From: a virus
Taxonomy: Duplodnaviria; Caudoviricetes
Direction: 5' to 3' (one strand)
Virus record (IMG/VR): IMGVR_UViG_3300033485_000034
Location: 1-44,363 of that record
DNA length: 44,363 nucleotides
Below, piece by piece: positions 17,714 through 26,571 of this stretch; position 1 is the first letter of the stretch; each line of letters begins with the position of its first letter. The notes under the pieces were generated by a model. The model was not told the origin of the DNA, made no database searches, and worked only from the letters and a program-made list of their open reading frames with translations. The translations under genes and the position numbers were made by a program.

Positions 17714-19693
17714 TTACCGCCTCCCCAACTTCTGTTGGGTCATGATGCGACCCTTGGCTACACCGCCCTGAACCATCCCCTGCATCACGGCGGGCTCGGG
17801 CGGAGCCACGAGCGGAGGCCCGCCGGCCTCGGGCGGAGCACCCTCGATGGGGGGAGTGATGCCTTGGTCGCCGGGAAGCTGGGAACTGAGGGCGTTCTGT
17901 GGAGTGGCGGTACCGAGAGCCTGCCGAAGACCCTCAGTGCCGGTGGCCATCTGCCCCTGCGCCTGAGCCTGCACGCCCTGCGGCGCCTGTAGACCCATGG
18001 ACTGGAGCGCGGCGAGGAGCTGAGCCATGACCTGCACGTCGGCAGGGAACATCGTGGCGTCAGTCCGCTCCTCGCGGATGAGGTCCTGCTCGGTCTCGGG
18101 GTCGTCCACGCCGGACACGTCCATGGCGCGGGCCTGACTCCAGACCTTCCCGTTCATCAGGTTGAGCGCCCGGGTGGCGGTCTCCATGTCGTCCCGCGGG
18201 CTGAGCGACGGGTCGATGATTTCGAGCGTCCCGGCGCCGGCTTCGACGATGGCCCTGACGTCCTTGTCCTTCTCGACCCAGACGCGGAGAGCAAGCTCCC
18301 ACATCCCCTTGCGCCACTCGAAGAACAGCTTGCGCCGCATGGAAAGCCGGCTCTCGTAGTTGGCGATGAGCGCGTTGATAGCCTTGCTCGAAGACAACAC
18401 TTGTGCAGGGGCAAGCCCGAGGAGCAGGTCGTTCAGGCCGGAGACGGTAGCAGCCTCGCGGTCGAGCCGGGCAAGGAACTGTTCGAGCTGGAACTGCGCG
18501 ATGAACGGCGTGATGGTCTCGATGCGGTTGCCGGGGCCCGGGCCGACGAGCTGGTTTCGCTTGGGCTTCAGGCCCGCCGGCACGCGGGCCGGGGCGTCAG
18601 GACCGGTCAACTGCCAGAAGTCGCCGGCGACCGCGTTCGCAATCATCTGCGAACCGGCGGTGACCTTCTCGTACTTCTCGCGGATGAGGTGCTCCATGTC
18701 CCACAGCTCGGGGCGCCCGTTCGGCACGCCCGGGACGTAGGTGTTGAACAGCGCCCTATACGGCAGCTCGCCCCTGTACTCCGGGTACTCGGTCGGGCCC
18801 TGAATGATGGCGTTGCCGGCGAAGACCACGTTGCAGGTCACCATCTTGACCTTGCGGTTCCGCCCCTTGCCGGACCACTGCGGCTTGCGATACCAGTAGT
18901 CCCAGACCTCGACCTGAGCGTTGCCGAAGTTCAGCCACTCGCGGACGTCTTCTTCGGTGGAGGTCACCCACTGCATCTGCTGCGGCATCTCGCCGAGGCC
19001 GACGGTCGGCATGACGTCACCGTTGTCAAGCTCCGTCTTGCCGATGACAACGCCGAACGCCTCGGTCAACGCGTTCGGCTCGTAGTTGATGACGTAGGCC
19101 GCCCACTCCAGCTCGTTGTACTCGTCGGTCTTCCACCCGAGCCACAGGTTGCGCGGCTGGTCGATGACCTCGAAGCTCGGGTAGCCCTTGCTCCCGGGCT
19201 CGTCCTCCTCGTCATCCCAGAACACCCGGCCGGCGGTCCTGCCGTACAGGCCCTTGACGGTCGCCGCCTTGTGGAACTTCAGGTCGAAGTCGACCTTGGC
19301 CTTCCATGCCGTGTACAGGCGTTCGAGATGACTGGCCGCGAGGCGGGCCTCCTCGGTCGTGTCGGTCGCCAGCATGTTCTCGATGGGCTTGACGGCCTGC
19401 AAGGCGGCCGGCACGTCGACGTAGACGGGCGGCGTGTTGATGCTGATGTGGCTACGGCCGTCGGTCTTGGCCGACTCGTGCTCTGACCACAGGTCGGCGC
19501 CGCCCTGCGTGAACTTGTCGGGGAAGTACAGGGCGTCCGCTCGGTCGCACCATGAGCGGAAGAAGTCGTGCTCCTGCCGCGCACCCTGCACTCGATGGGC
19601 CAGCGTGTTCAGGAGCGCCCGCGCCTCTGGGTCGTCGGACGTCAGCTTCAACGCCCGCTCTAGGGTCAGGTTCGCGTACTTCTCCGCCATCAA
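17714..19693 (-). CDS. Portal protein (podovirus-like, long C-terminal extension)
   Basis: Follows terminase; FEVIDQPRNLWLG, VEVWDYWY, GELPY..FN..PG.P.GRPEL, VSGLNDLLLG..SSKAI patterns; Gln/Pro-rich tail. Confidence 0.85.
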   Translation of the reverse strand: MMAEKYANLTLERALKLTSDDPEARALLNTLAHRVQGARQEHDFFRSWCDRADALYFPDKFTQGGADLWSEHESAKTDGRSHISINTPPVYVDVPAALQAVKPIENMLATDTTEEARLAASHLERLYTAWKAKVDFDLKFHKAATVKGLYGRTAGRVFWDDEEDEPGSKGYPSFEVIDQPRNLWLGWKTDEYNELEWAAYVINYEPNALTEAFGVVIGKTELDNGDVMPTVGLGEMPQQMQWVTSTEEDVREWLNFGNAQVEVWDYWYRKPQWSGKGRNRKVKMVTCNVVFAGNAIIQGPTEYPEYRGELPYRALFNTYVPGVPNGRPELWDMEHLIREKYEKVTAGSQMIANAVAGDFWQLTGPDAPARVPAGLKPKRNQLVGPGPGNRIETITPFIAQFQLEQFLARLDREAATVSGLNDLLLGLAPAQVLSSSKAINALIANYESRLSMRRKLFFEWRKGMWELALRVWVEKDKDVRAIVEAGAGTLEIIDPSLSPRDDMETATRALNLMNGKVWSQARAMDVSGVDDPETEQDLIREERTDATMFPADVQVMAQLLAALQSMGLQAPQGVQAQAQGQMATGTEGLRQALGTATPQNALSSQLPGDQGITPPIEGAPPEAGGPPLVAPPEPAVMQGMVQGGVAKGRIMTQQKLGRR

Positions 19694-21237
19694 GCCGCTC
19701 CTGTCAGGTCGAACTCGATGGCCTGCTCGCCATCAGTCGGCGCTCGTTTCAGCAGCCACACCGCGCAGACGAGGGCCATGACGGCATCCTGCTCGATGCC
19801 CCGGTCCTCCAGCTTGTAGCCCAGCAACTGCTTCCTCACGTTCTGCCAGATGCCCGACGCCGGCAAGATGAGCCGACCGGAGTCGATGACGGTGCGTAGG
19901 TCACCTAGCAGCTTTCGCTTCTTCTGTACAGTCCCACCGAACTCGACGTTGAAGACCTGCGGAACTTCCTTGTCAAGCGCTTCGCGGAACATCTTACCAC
20001 CGAAGCCAGTGGCATCCGTTGCAGTGTAGCAGCGCGAGCCGAGACGCGCGACATCATACGCGTTGAACGCGTCGGCGACCAGAGCAACGACCGACTCGGT
20101 CGACTTCTGGCCCTTCTTCTGCTCGGCCCTGACACCGACCAGCACGGGCTCGTCGTTGGGTCCGCCCGTCACGACGGCGAGCACGATGGACCACGCCGAG
20201 TCGGCCGACTTCGCCGGGTCGACCCCTTGCAGGTAAACGAGTCGCTGCTTGGCCGGCGACCGCTCGGGCAACTCGGCGTAGAAGCAGGCCTCGACGTTTA
20301 CACCGTTGAAGTACGCGGCCTTCGCTTGCAGGAACTCGCCTTCGACGTTCTGCCGGATGGTGCGCTCGTCCATGTCGGCCGTCAGCCGGTCGAACATGCC
20401 TTGGTCGAGACCGTACCCGATGTTGTCCCGCGTGCTCATGCGCGCGGAGCGCCAGCTCGGCAGCCGGTCCGCGTTCTCCGGGTCGCCCTGCTTCCACACG
20501 TCGTGGAACTCGGTGCCCAGCTCCTCGGAGGGGGTCGACTCCATGATGAGCTGGCCGCCGGTGCCGAGGCGCCGGAACCCGAAGACCTCCTTGACGAGGA
20601 ACTGCAACGCCGGCTCCAGCCCCGCCTCGTCGAACGAGATGCCGTGCATGTCCTTGCCGAGCTGACCGAGCGACTTCTGGCTGGTGGTTCGGAAGTGAAC
20701 CTCCGCCCCGCCCACCTCCGGGCGGAACCTAATCCAGTGGTAGTCGCCGTACTCCTTGCCCTCGTGGTCCTCGATGGGACCCTTGCGGGTGAGCGGGCAT
20801 CCGTCCACCTGCCCCTCGTGCGTGCTGTCAAGGATGCGGACAATCTCGTTGAACACGAGGTCGGCGACCTCGTGCTGGATGCCGAAGTGGTACCAGTGAT
20901 ACTCGCTCCGACCCCACTTCAGGACTTGCTTCTCGTCGCTCTCGTCCGGTCTCGGGCGGTTCAGCTTGCCGAGGCACGAGTAGATGATGAGCACGGCGAG
21001 GATGGTCGTCTTGCCGGCCCGGTTGCCCGACGTCAGGACGAGCGTGAGGAACTTGGCCGTCCATCCGTCGACGGCACGGGCCAACACGAGGGCGGCGAAG
21101 AATAGCTGCCCGACGTGCAGCGGCAGCCCGAGCTGGTTGCGGGCGAAGGTCTGGATGACCTTGGCCTGCTCCAGCTCGTCGGGGGTCAGGCCGCGCTTGC
21201 GGAGGAGAAAGTAGATGATGCGGTCAGGCAGTCTCAA
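19690..21237 (-). CDS. terL: Terminase large subunit
   Basis: Walker A SGNRAGKT, Walker B ISFDEAG, motif III ESTP, nuclease GVDPAK and QDAVMAL. Confidence 0.92.
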   Translation of the reverse strand: MRLPDRIIYFLLRKRGLTPDELEQAKVIQTFARNQLGLPLHVGQLFFAALVLARAVDGWTAKFLTLVLTSGNRAGKTTILAVLIIYSCLGKLNRPRPDESDEKQVLKWGRSEYHWYHFGIQHEVADLVFNEIVRILDSTHEGQVDGCPLTRKGPIEDHEGKEYGDYHWIRFRPEVGGAEVHFRTTSQKSLGQLGKDMHGISFDEAGLEPALQFLVKEVFGFRRLGTGGQLIMESTPSEELGTEFHDVWKQGDPENADRLPSWRSARMSTRDNIGYGLDQGMFDRLTADMDERTIRQNVEGEFLQAKAAYFNGVNVEACFYAELPERSPAKQRLVYLQGVDPAKSADSAWSIVLAVVTGGPNDEPVLVGVRAEQKKGQKSTESVVALVADAFNAYDVARLGSRCYTATDATGFGGKMFREALDKEVPQVFNVEFGGTVQKKRKLLGDLRTVIDSGRLILPASGIWQNVRKQLLGYKLEDRGIEQDAVMALVCAVWLLKRAPTDGEQAIEFDLTGAA

Positions 21238-21715
21238 CTTCTACCGCCTCACCCTCGACAGTCATGCCGTCATCGAGCTGGAGGGGCGGGGCGCCCTCGC
21301 CGCGAAGGGCCCCGAGCAGGGCGGTCAGCACCTCGACCGTGCTGTGCTGCTTCCTCTGCGCCTCGCGCTTGTCCTCGATGTTCTGCGCCGAGAGCGCCGT
21401 CTTCAACGCCGGTTGCAGGTCCTTGTTGAGGATGTCGAGCCCATCGACGGAGGCGTCCTGCGCCTCGATGGCGTCGAGCAGCCGGTTCTTGATGATGGCA
21501 GCGGCATCACGCTTCGCCGTGCGCGTATTCGCCGCCTCGGGGAGCGCGTACTCGTGACGATGCTTGTCGTGCGAGCTGATAGTAGCGTCCGAGACCGGGA
21601 AACCGCGCATCTTCATGAGCCGGGCGAGCTGGGCGTACGCCATGCCCTTCGTCAACTCCTCGTCGACCACCCGGCGCATGATGATGTCGTCGCAAACCTT
21701 GCATCCGGCGCTCAA
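21224..21715 (-). CDS. Putative terminase small subunit (N-terminal CxxC..HxxH HTH-like domain)
   Basis: Immediately upstream of terL; CKVC..YAQLARLM..VSDATISSHDKH, then a helical region. Confidence 0.55.
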   Translation of the reverse strand: MSAGCKVCDDIIMRRVVDEELTKGMAYAQLARLMKMRGFPVSDATISSHDKHRHEYALPEAANTRTAKRDAAAIIKNRLLDAIEAQDASVDGLDILNKDLQPALKTALSAQNIEDKREAQRKQHSTVEVLTALLGALRGEGAPPLQLDDGMTVEGEAVEVETA

Positions 21716-22155
21716 AGAGGACTCCCCTGACTCAGAATGGCGTTTACGCGGCCTTCCCGTACGTCAGAAGGCCTCACGATGATAGCCCGGGCGCCGCATT
21801 GGTTCAGCAGACGCAACCAGAACCACTGGTCGTCGCTCACCTCGCCCTTCTCGCGCTTCAACTCGATGAAGATGAGGCGATGACCCTCCTTCGCGAGGGT
21901 CAAATCGGGCCATCCGGGGGCCATCGGGGTCACGAACTGCCCTCCTTCGGCCTCCGACCCCCCGACGAACCCCTTTCCGGCGTGCGCGACCTTCCAGCCG
22001 CGCCTCTTGGCGCGCCCGACGACGCTCAACTGGAGCGCTTTCTCGGTCACGGCCCGGTCGGCGCACTGCTCGGGGGTGAGGGAGCGGTGCTTGACCCCGC
22101 AACGAGGGCACATCCCCTGCGCCGAGCCGGCCGGCGAGGCGCTACGAGTCGCCAT
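21712..22155 (-). CDS. VRR-NUC domain nuclease (Holliday-junction resolvase-like)
   Basis: TEKALQ..GWPDLTL..LIFIELKREKGEVSDDQWFWL..VRPSD. Confidence 0.85.
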   Translation of the reverse strand: MATRSASPAGSAQGMCPRCGVKHRSLTPEQCADRAVTEKALQLSVVGRAKRRGWKVAHAGKGFVGGSEAEGGQFVTPMAPGWPDLTLAKEGHRLIFIELKREKGEVSDDQWFWLRLLNQCGARAIIVRPSDVREGRVNAILSQGSPL

Positions 22156-22279
22156 AGACGGTCACCGCGACGTACAGGCACCCGACGGCGAGCAGCGCGA
22201 GCAGGCCGATGGCCGGCCCGCGCCACATCGCCACGTGGTCGGCCATCCAGAACAGGGTCTCAGCCGCCGTCTCCCTCAT
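22142..22279 (-). CDS. Small membrane protein
   Basis: One hydrophobic helix (AIGLLALLAVGCLYVAVTV); GAGG upstream of ATG 22279. Confidence 0.4.
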   Translation of the reverse strand: MRETAAETLFWMADHVAMWRGPAIGLLALLAVGCLYVAVTVYGDS

Positions 22280-23720
22280 CCTCGTCCTCCTCGTGCCCGT
22301 CGGCCCACTCGACGGCGCTCTTGGGCCGCAGGCCCTTGACATAGTTGGCGTTCATTCGCTTCATGCGCTTGAACCCGCGCCTCTCCAGCGTAAGCGAGAA
22401 GCGGGTCTGGCTCAGGGCCTCGGCTTCAATGTCGGAGCGCGCGTGCCATTCGAGATACCGCTCGTAGACGATGCTCGACCGCGTCTCCGCCCCGTGCTCG
22501 ACGACCATGGCGGCGCTCAGGAACTGGGCAATCTGGTCGCCCCGGGCCATGAAGGCGGCGCTCTGCTCAATGACGCGCGGCGGCATCGTGATGCCCCGGC
22601 CGTCCGCCTCGAACGACTCGTACCACGCCTGCGCAGCCCAGCACAAGATGCTGAGTACCCCGTCGGCCTCCTTCTCCAGCTTGACGTAGAGCTGCTTGTC
22701 TTCCTTGTCGCCGTCGTAGCGCTCGCGGAAGTCGGCCACCATGACGCGCGCACCCATGCTCGGGCCAAGGTCCTCGACCTCGGGCGCGTTGTTGACGAGG
22801 AACGTGATGCTGTGGGTCGGCTCCCACGAGATGACCCGGTTGGAGTACAGCGCGCGGGCCGTGATGAGGTCGCCGCCCGTGTGCGCCTTCAGCATCTCCT
22901 CGTTGAAGCGGTTGCCCTCGGGCTCGCTGAAGAACGTGATGCGCTTGCCCTTCAGGTCCATGAGGTCGGCACGCGCTCCCGCGCTCCGTTCGCCGCCCAG
23001 CTTGCTGCGCATGTAAACGTTGGCGTCGGGCTGGGCGCCGTACTCGCCGACCGCCTTCATGATGCTGTGCTTCAGGACCCCCTTGCCGTTGCGCCCGATG
23101 CCGACCATCAGCAGGAAGCGCTGCTCGGGGCTGAAGCCGAAGATGCTGGCCCCGAACCAGAGGAGCAGGAAGCTCACCATCGAGACGTCGTCCGACATCA
23201 CCTCGCCCATGAACTTCATGAACCTCGGCGCCCGCTCGGCGAACTCCTCCGGGCCGGCGCACGGCCTGAAGGTCCGGCCGGTCGTCTTGGTCACCAGCAT
23301 GTCGGGCGTCGGGTTCTCGACCAGCCTGTTGTGGCGCAGGTCGACGATGCCGTTCTCGCAGCCGAGCAGGTGGGGCACTTGGTCCCAGTCGGAGCCGTCG
23401 GTCGCGTACTTGGGGAAGGTCGACAGGGCCTCCAGCGCCCGGTCCAGCGGGGCGAGGTTGAACAGCTTGGGCAGCGCCTTGGCGAGCCCGCCGGTCGGCG
23501 GGTCGGCCCTGTCCACGATGCGATGGAAGGCCAGCTCGGCGACCTTCGCCCGGAGGATGCCCGTCTTGTCCTGCGCCCAGCGCGTCCCGTCCCAGTGGAA
23601 CCACGCCCTCTGGGTGTGGTCGAACCGCCACGAGCCGTCAAGCTGGTCGGCAATCCACTGTGCCTGCCTGTAGTCCTCCGGCCCGTAGTCGAAGACGACG
23701 GGGGGCTCGTCTTCACTCAT
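22260..23720 (-). CDS. D5/P4-family primase-associated SF3 helicase
   Basis: D5-N motif WFHWDGTRW..LLGCENGIVDL; Walker A GIGRNGKG; LKGKRITFFSE; LKAHTGGDLITARALY; start reassigned to ATG 23720. Confidence 0.9.
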   Translation of the reverse strand: MSEDEPPVVFDYGPEDYRQAQWIADQLDGSWRFDHTQRAWFHWDGTRWAQDKTGILRAKVAELAFHRIVDRADPPTGGLAKALPKLFNLAPLDRALEALSTFPKYATDGSDWDQVPHLLGCENGIVDLRHNRLVENPTPDMLVTKTTGRTFRPCAGPEEFAERAPRFMKFMGEVMSDDVSMVSFLLLWFGASIFGFSPEQRFLLMVGIGRNGKGVLKHSIMKAVGEYGAQPDANVYMRSKLGGERSAGARADLMDLKGKRITFFSEPEGNRFNEEMLKAHTGGDLITARALYSNRVISWEPTHSITFLVNNAPEVEDLGPSMGARVMVADFRERYDGDKEDKQLYVKLEKEADGVLSILCWAAQAWYESFEADGRGITMPPRVIEQSAAFMARGDQIAQFLSAAMVVEHGAETRSSIVYERYLEWHARSDIEAEALSQTRFSLTLERRGFKRMKRMNANYVKGLRPKSAVEWADGHEEDEDEGDGG

Positions 23721-24513
23721 CGGAACGAGCCGCAAGTGCGGAGCGGATGGTTCGCCGGGTCTCGCGACGGGGGAGCCCGACGGCGGTGGCAGCTTCGATG
23801 AGTTCGTCAAGGTCTTCCTCGTCGGCCCCTTCGCCCACCATGGCGTAGGCAGCCCAGTTCAGGACGTTGTTCCTCTCGCCCTCGGCCGCGACGCGCATGC
23901 GCTTGATGATGCCGTCGAAGGTGGCCACGGCGTAGAAGCGCCCGTCCTCGAACGAGTGCTTCCGCACCACCCGCATGATGACCCTGCTGGTCATCCGGGC
24001 CTCGTTCTCGCGTGCCTTCCTGTCCAGCACGCGACGAAGTCCATCAGGCAACTCTAGCACGGCGCCCTCCGGCGCTACGAGCCATTCGTAGCGGTGTCCG
24101 GCAGGGTGGATTGAAGGGGGAGCGGCCACGTAGCCCCCCAACCCTTTGAAGTCGAGCTTGGGCCCAAGCTTTACGGTCGGCCGCTCGACCCAGTCGGCGA
24201 ACCAGAGGTGCAGCCCGCGCCCGGTCTTGGCGACCCAGCGGTCGGGGATGCCGTCCTCGCCGACCATCGCCAGCCACTGGGCGGCCCCCTCCTCGCCGTC
24301 GATGTCCACGACGTAGTAGGGCGCGCCGGTCAGGATGCCGACCCCGGTCGTCTTCTCATGGAGGAAGGCCCCGACCCGGAACGTCGTGGCGTCCATGGCG
24401 TCGAGCAGGCCGTGCGGGTGAACCGCCCCGTTCGGCATCTTGCCAGTCAGGGCGATGACCCGGAGGCCAGCGGCCACGTAGTCCTCGGCCGCCGCGAGCA
24501 GGATGTTCGTCAT
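23713..24513 (-). CDS. Bifunctional DNA primase/polymerase (Prim-Pol)
   Basis: VGILTG..VVDIDG..KTGRGLHLWF..LDFKGLGGYVAAPPSIHPAGHRYEW; C-terminal GERNNVLNWAA. Confidence 0.9.
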   Translation of the reverse strand: MTNILLAAAEDYVAAGLRVIALTGKMPNGAVHPHGLLDAMDATTFRVGAFLHEKTTGVGILTGAPYYVVDIDGEEGAAQWLAMVGEDGIPDRWVAKTGRGLHLWFADWVERPTVKLGPKLDFKGLGGYVAAPPSIHPAGHRYEWLVAPEGAVLELPDGLRRVLDRKARENEARMTSRVIMRVVRKHSFEDGRFYAVATFDGIIKRMRVAAEGERNNVLNWAAYAMVGEGADEEDLDELIEAATAVGLPRRETRRTIRSALAARSDE

Positions 24514-24542
24514 CGGCGTTTACACCTTGTCGGCGATAGGGA

Positions 24543-24617
24543 GAGGCCGCTCCTCCTGCGGGCCCGGTTCATTGGCCGGGTTCGTCCGTGGGGAGCGGCC
24601 TCGTTCCATGGTAGCGC
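24543..24617 (-). promoter_or_regulatory. Candidate -10 element (GCGCTACCAT) followed by a long hairpin in the Prim-Pol leader
   Basis: TACCAT at 24613-24608; perfect 11-bp stem 24543-24553/24592-24602 enclosing a CCCGG/CCGGG inner stem. Confidence 0.5.
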
Positions 24618-24636
24618 TGGGCGCTGGCCGGTAGGC

Positions 24637-25104
24637 CTACTCCTCGTCGACCTCGATAACCTTGCGCGCCGTCCGCTTCTTCCGCAGGGGGAGGACGTTG
24701 GCGACGGCCGGCCAGCCGTTGTCCTTGATGGCGACCTCGACCTGAACCTTGCGGCCGGCGAGGTCGCGGGCCTTGGGCGACCCTTCGCCGGCCTCGAACG
24801 CGGCGAACTCCTCGGGCGTGAGGAGCGCCTTCAGGTAGCGCACGGCGCGCGGGACCGTCTTGGACAGGACGTTGGTGCTCATGCTCGTGAGCCCGGTGAC
24901 CTCGACGGGGTCGCCATCCTCGTAGAGGACCGCGCCGTCGTCGTCGAGAAGGGTGAACCGCCACTCGAAGCGGTCGCCGTCACCGTACTGGCCGCCGGTG
25001 ATGGCCTTGATTTCCACGCCCTCGAAGCGGGCGTCGTAGAACGCGGCTTCGATGTCGGGGGCTTCGGCCGACCGGGTGGTGGCCTTGAAGACGATGTCGC
25101 CCAT
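24637..25104 (-). CDS. Putative single-stranded DNA-binding protein (DUF669-like OB fold)
   Basis: YDARFEGVE..FEWRFTL..DLAGRKVQVEV..GWPAVANV, acidic C-terminus; GGAGG RBS before ATG 25104; first gene of the replication operon. Confidence 0.6.
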   Translation of the reverse strand: MGDIVFKATTRSAEAPDIEAAFYDARFEGVEIKAITGGQYGDGDRFEWRFTLLDDDGAVLYEDGDPVEVTGLTSMSTNVLSKTVPRAVRYLKALLTPEEFAAFEAGEGSPKARDLAGRKVQVEVAIKDNGWPAVANVLPLRKKRTARKVIEVDEE

Positions 25105-25154
25105 GCGGACGAACCTCCTGCTTGCCGCCGGGTTCTGTGCCGGCTGGGAGACCC

Positions 25155-25164
25155 AGCTTAGCAC
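25155..25164 (-). promoter_or_regulatory. Extended -10 promoter (GTGCTAAGCT) for the leftward operon
   Basis: TGn-TAAGCT about 50 bp upstream of ATG 25104. Confidence 0.5.
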
Positions 25165-25237
25165 CCCTTCGACGACGACGTCGCGCTTTCGCGACCACGC
25201 CGAGTTTCATGAAGTCGGAACCGGAGAGCTTGAAGCA

Positions 25238-25435
25238 ATGGAGGGTATGGAGGCTATGGAGGGTTCTATGAAAGTCCTCTACGCGAGGATTTGCTATAGG
25301 GACTTTACGTACAAGCTTCCATACCCTCCATTTCGTGCTCAGCAACCCTCCATGGGATTTCAGTTTCGGGACATCGGGGCGAGTGGGCGACCTCGTTTCC
25401 GGCGGACTTTCCTTCTAAGCCTCCATACCCTCCAT
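25238..25435. repeat. ATGGAGGGT-type direct and inverted repeats; putative replication origin
   Basis: 25238-25255 is the exact reverse complement of 25418-25435 (18 bp); further units at 25256-25265, 25314-25332 and 25344-25353; locally AT-richer. Confidence 0.6.
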
Positions 25436-25453
25436 GAGGCCGGCGTCGACGCC

Positions 25454-25598
25454 GTATTGAGACCGTGTCTCAGTGGTATCTGGGGCCGTGTCAGAGCGGT
25501 ATTGAGACCGTGTCTCAATCACCCGGACCAATCACCCGGACAGGAGTCCCGGCAGGTATTGAGACCGTGTCTCAATCACCCGGACAGGAGTCCCGGCA
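25454..25598. repeat. Three copies of the palindromic GTATTGAGACCGTGTCTCA(ATC)
   Basis: Copies start at 25454, 25499 and 25556; copies 2 and 3 share downstream ATCACCCGGACAGGAGTCCCGGCA. Confidence 0.85.
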
Positions 25599-25745
25599 TG
25601 TCCGCCCCGCCGCCGAACCGCCAGAAACCTCCCGCCCGCCCGGGTGCCCGCGCAGGACTTCGCGCAGTTCCGCGCTCGGTCCGACATCACATGCGTTGGC
25701 TAGCTACGCTAGCCCTCGCTAGCCCTTCGATGATGATGGACATGC

Positions 25746-26085
25746 CACGTCCATAGGACGTGACCCCTGACAGGGCAGCAGCAGCACAGCCCTTGCTCCC
25801 CTCCCTATCTACCCGAAGGGGAGATAGGGAGCCCTGCCGAGTCGGCCTCTCGTGACGGCACGTCGAGCTGGCCGACCCGCTGTCCCCGAAGGGGACAGGC
25901 CGCCCGGAAACTGGCCGGCCCGGCGGAACGGCGCGCCCTCGCGCAGTACCACGCGCAAGCTCCCCGCGCCGTACCGCGCGGGATGGTGCGCGACGACCGA
26001 AGGTCGTGACGGGCAGGCGCTGTTCCGGGCCGATGGTGGAGACCGGACCGACCGAAGACCGGCCGGCCGACCAGCTCCGAAGGAG
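25746..26085 (+). other. Non-coding leader with clustered triloop hairpins (mostly C-GAA-G)
   Basis: Stems at 25746-25762, 25801-25831, 25880-25898, 25993-26007 and 26075-26085. Confidence 0.7.
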
Positions 26086-26092
26086 AGCCGCC

Positions 26093-26503
26093 ATGACCAG
26101 CCCGAAGACCACCGTCGTCACGAACGACGAAGTCGTCACGACCCCGCAGGAACCGGCGAAGCCGGTGAAGCTGCCTCGCGTCAAGAGCTGCGGCCAGCTC
26201 GCCGAGTACGGCCTTGGAGAGGCCGGGTGCAAGCGGCTTCCCCGTCACCACGGTGACCACCGCGTGACGTTGCATCGACCGAAGGTCGCCAAGGCCGCCA
26301 AGGCCAAGGCGTCGCCGAAGGCGACGAAGGTCACCCGGGCCGAGTTCCTTCAGGAACTCGCAGCGCAGGTCGACGCCGGGACGCTGACTCCGTCAGCGGC
26401 GCTGTCGAAGGCCTCGGCCTTCATCACCCGCTCGAAGACCGCGCGCCGGCCGAAGGCCTCCCGCGTCGTCTCGCCGAAGCTGGAGGTCGTCGTCGACGGG
26501 TGA
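26093..26503 (+). CDS. Basic Lys/Ala-rich early protein with C..C..HxGxH motif
   Basis: AAGGAG RBS before ATG 26093; first gene of the rightward arm. Confidence 0.65.
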   Translation: MTSPKTTVVTNDEVVTTPQEPAKPVKLPRVKSCGQLAEYGLGEAGCKRLPRHHGDHRVTLHRPKVAKAAKAKASPKATKVTRAEFLQELAAQVDAGTLTPSAALSKASAFITRSKTARRPKASRVVSPKLEVVVDG

Positions 26504-26532
26504 CAGCTCGCATCACCCCCACATCACGCATC

Positions 26533-26554
26533 GGCCGGCCCTTCGGGGCCGGCC
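26533..26554 (+). other. C(UUCG)G tetraloop hairpin between early genes
   Basis: GGCCGGCCC-TTCG-GGGCCGGCC, perfect 9-bp stem just upstream of the GAGGAG RBS. Confidence 0.55.
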
Positions 26555-26571
26555 CGAGAGGAGAAACTACG

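Noticed and set aside
25454-25598. Mini-CRISPR array
   Set aside because: The repeat is only about 19-22 bp, the spacers are unequal and two share the same sequence, and no cas genes are present; the 35351 nuclease is a common phage PD-(D/E)XK exonuclease.
25052-25756. 234-aa plus-strand ORF across the control region
   Set aside because: It is a translation of the DNA repeats (EAMEGMEAMEG, VLRPCL x3), has no RBS and overlaps the SSB-like gene.
25700-26090. tRNA or known riboswitch in the early leader
   Set aside because: No cloverleaf, T-loop (GTTCRA) or recognisable aptamer consensus; only independent hairpins.
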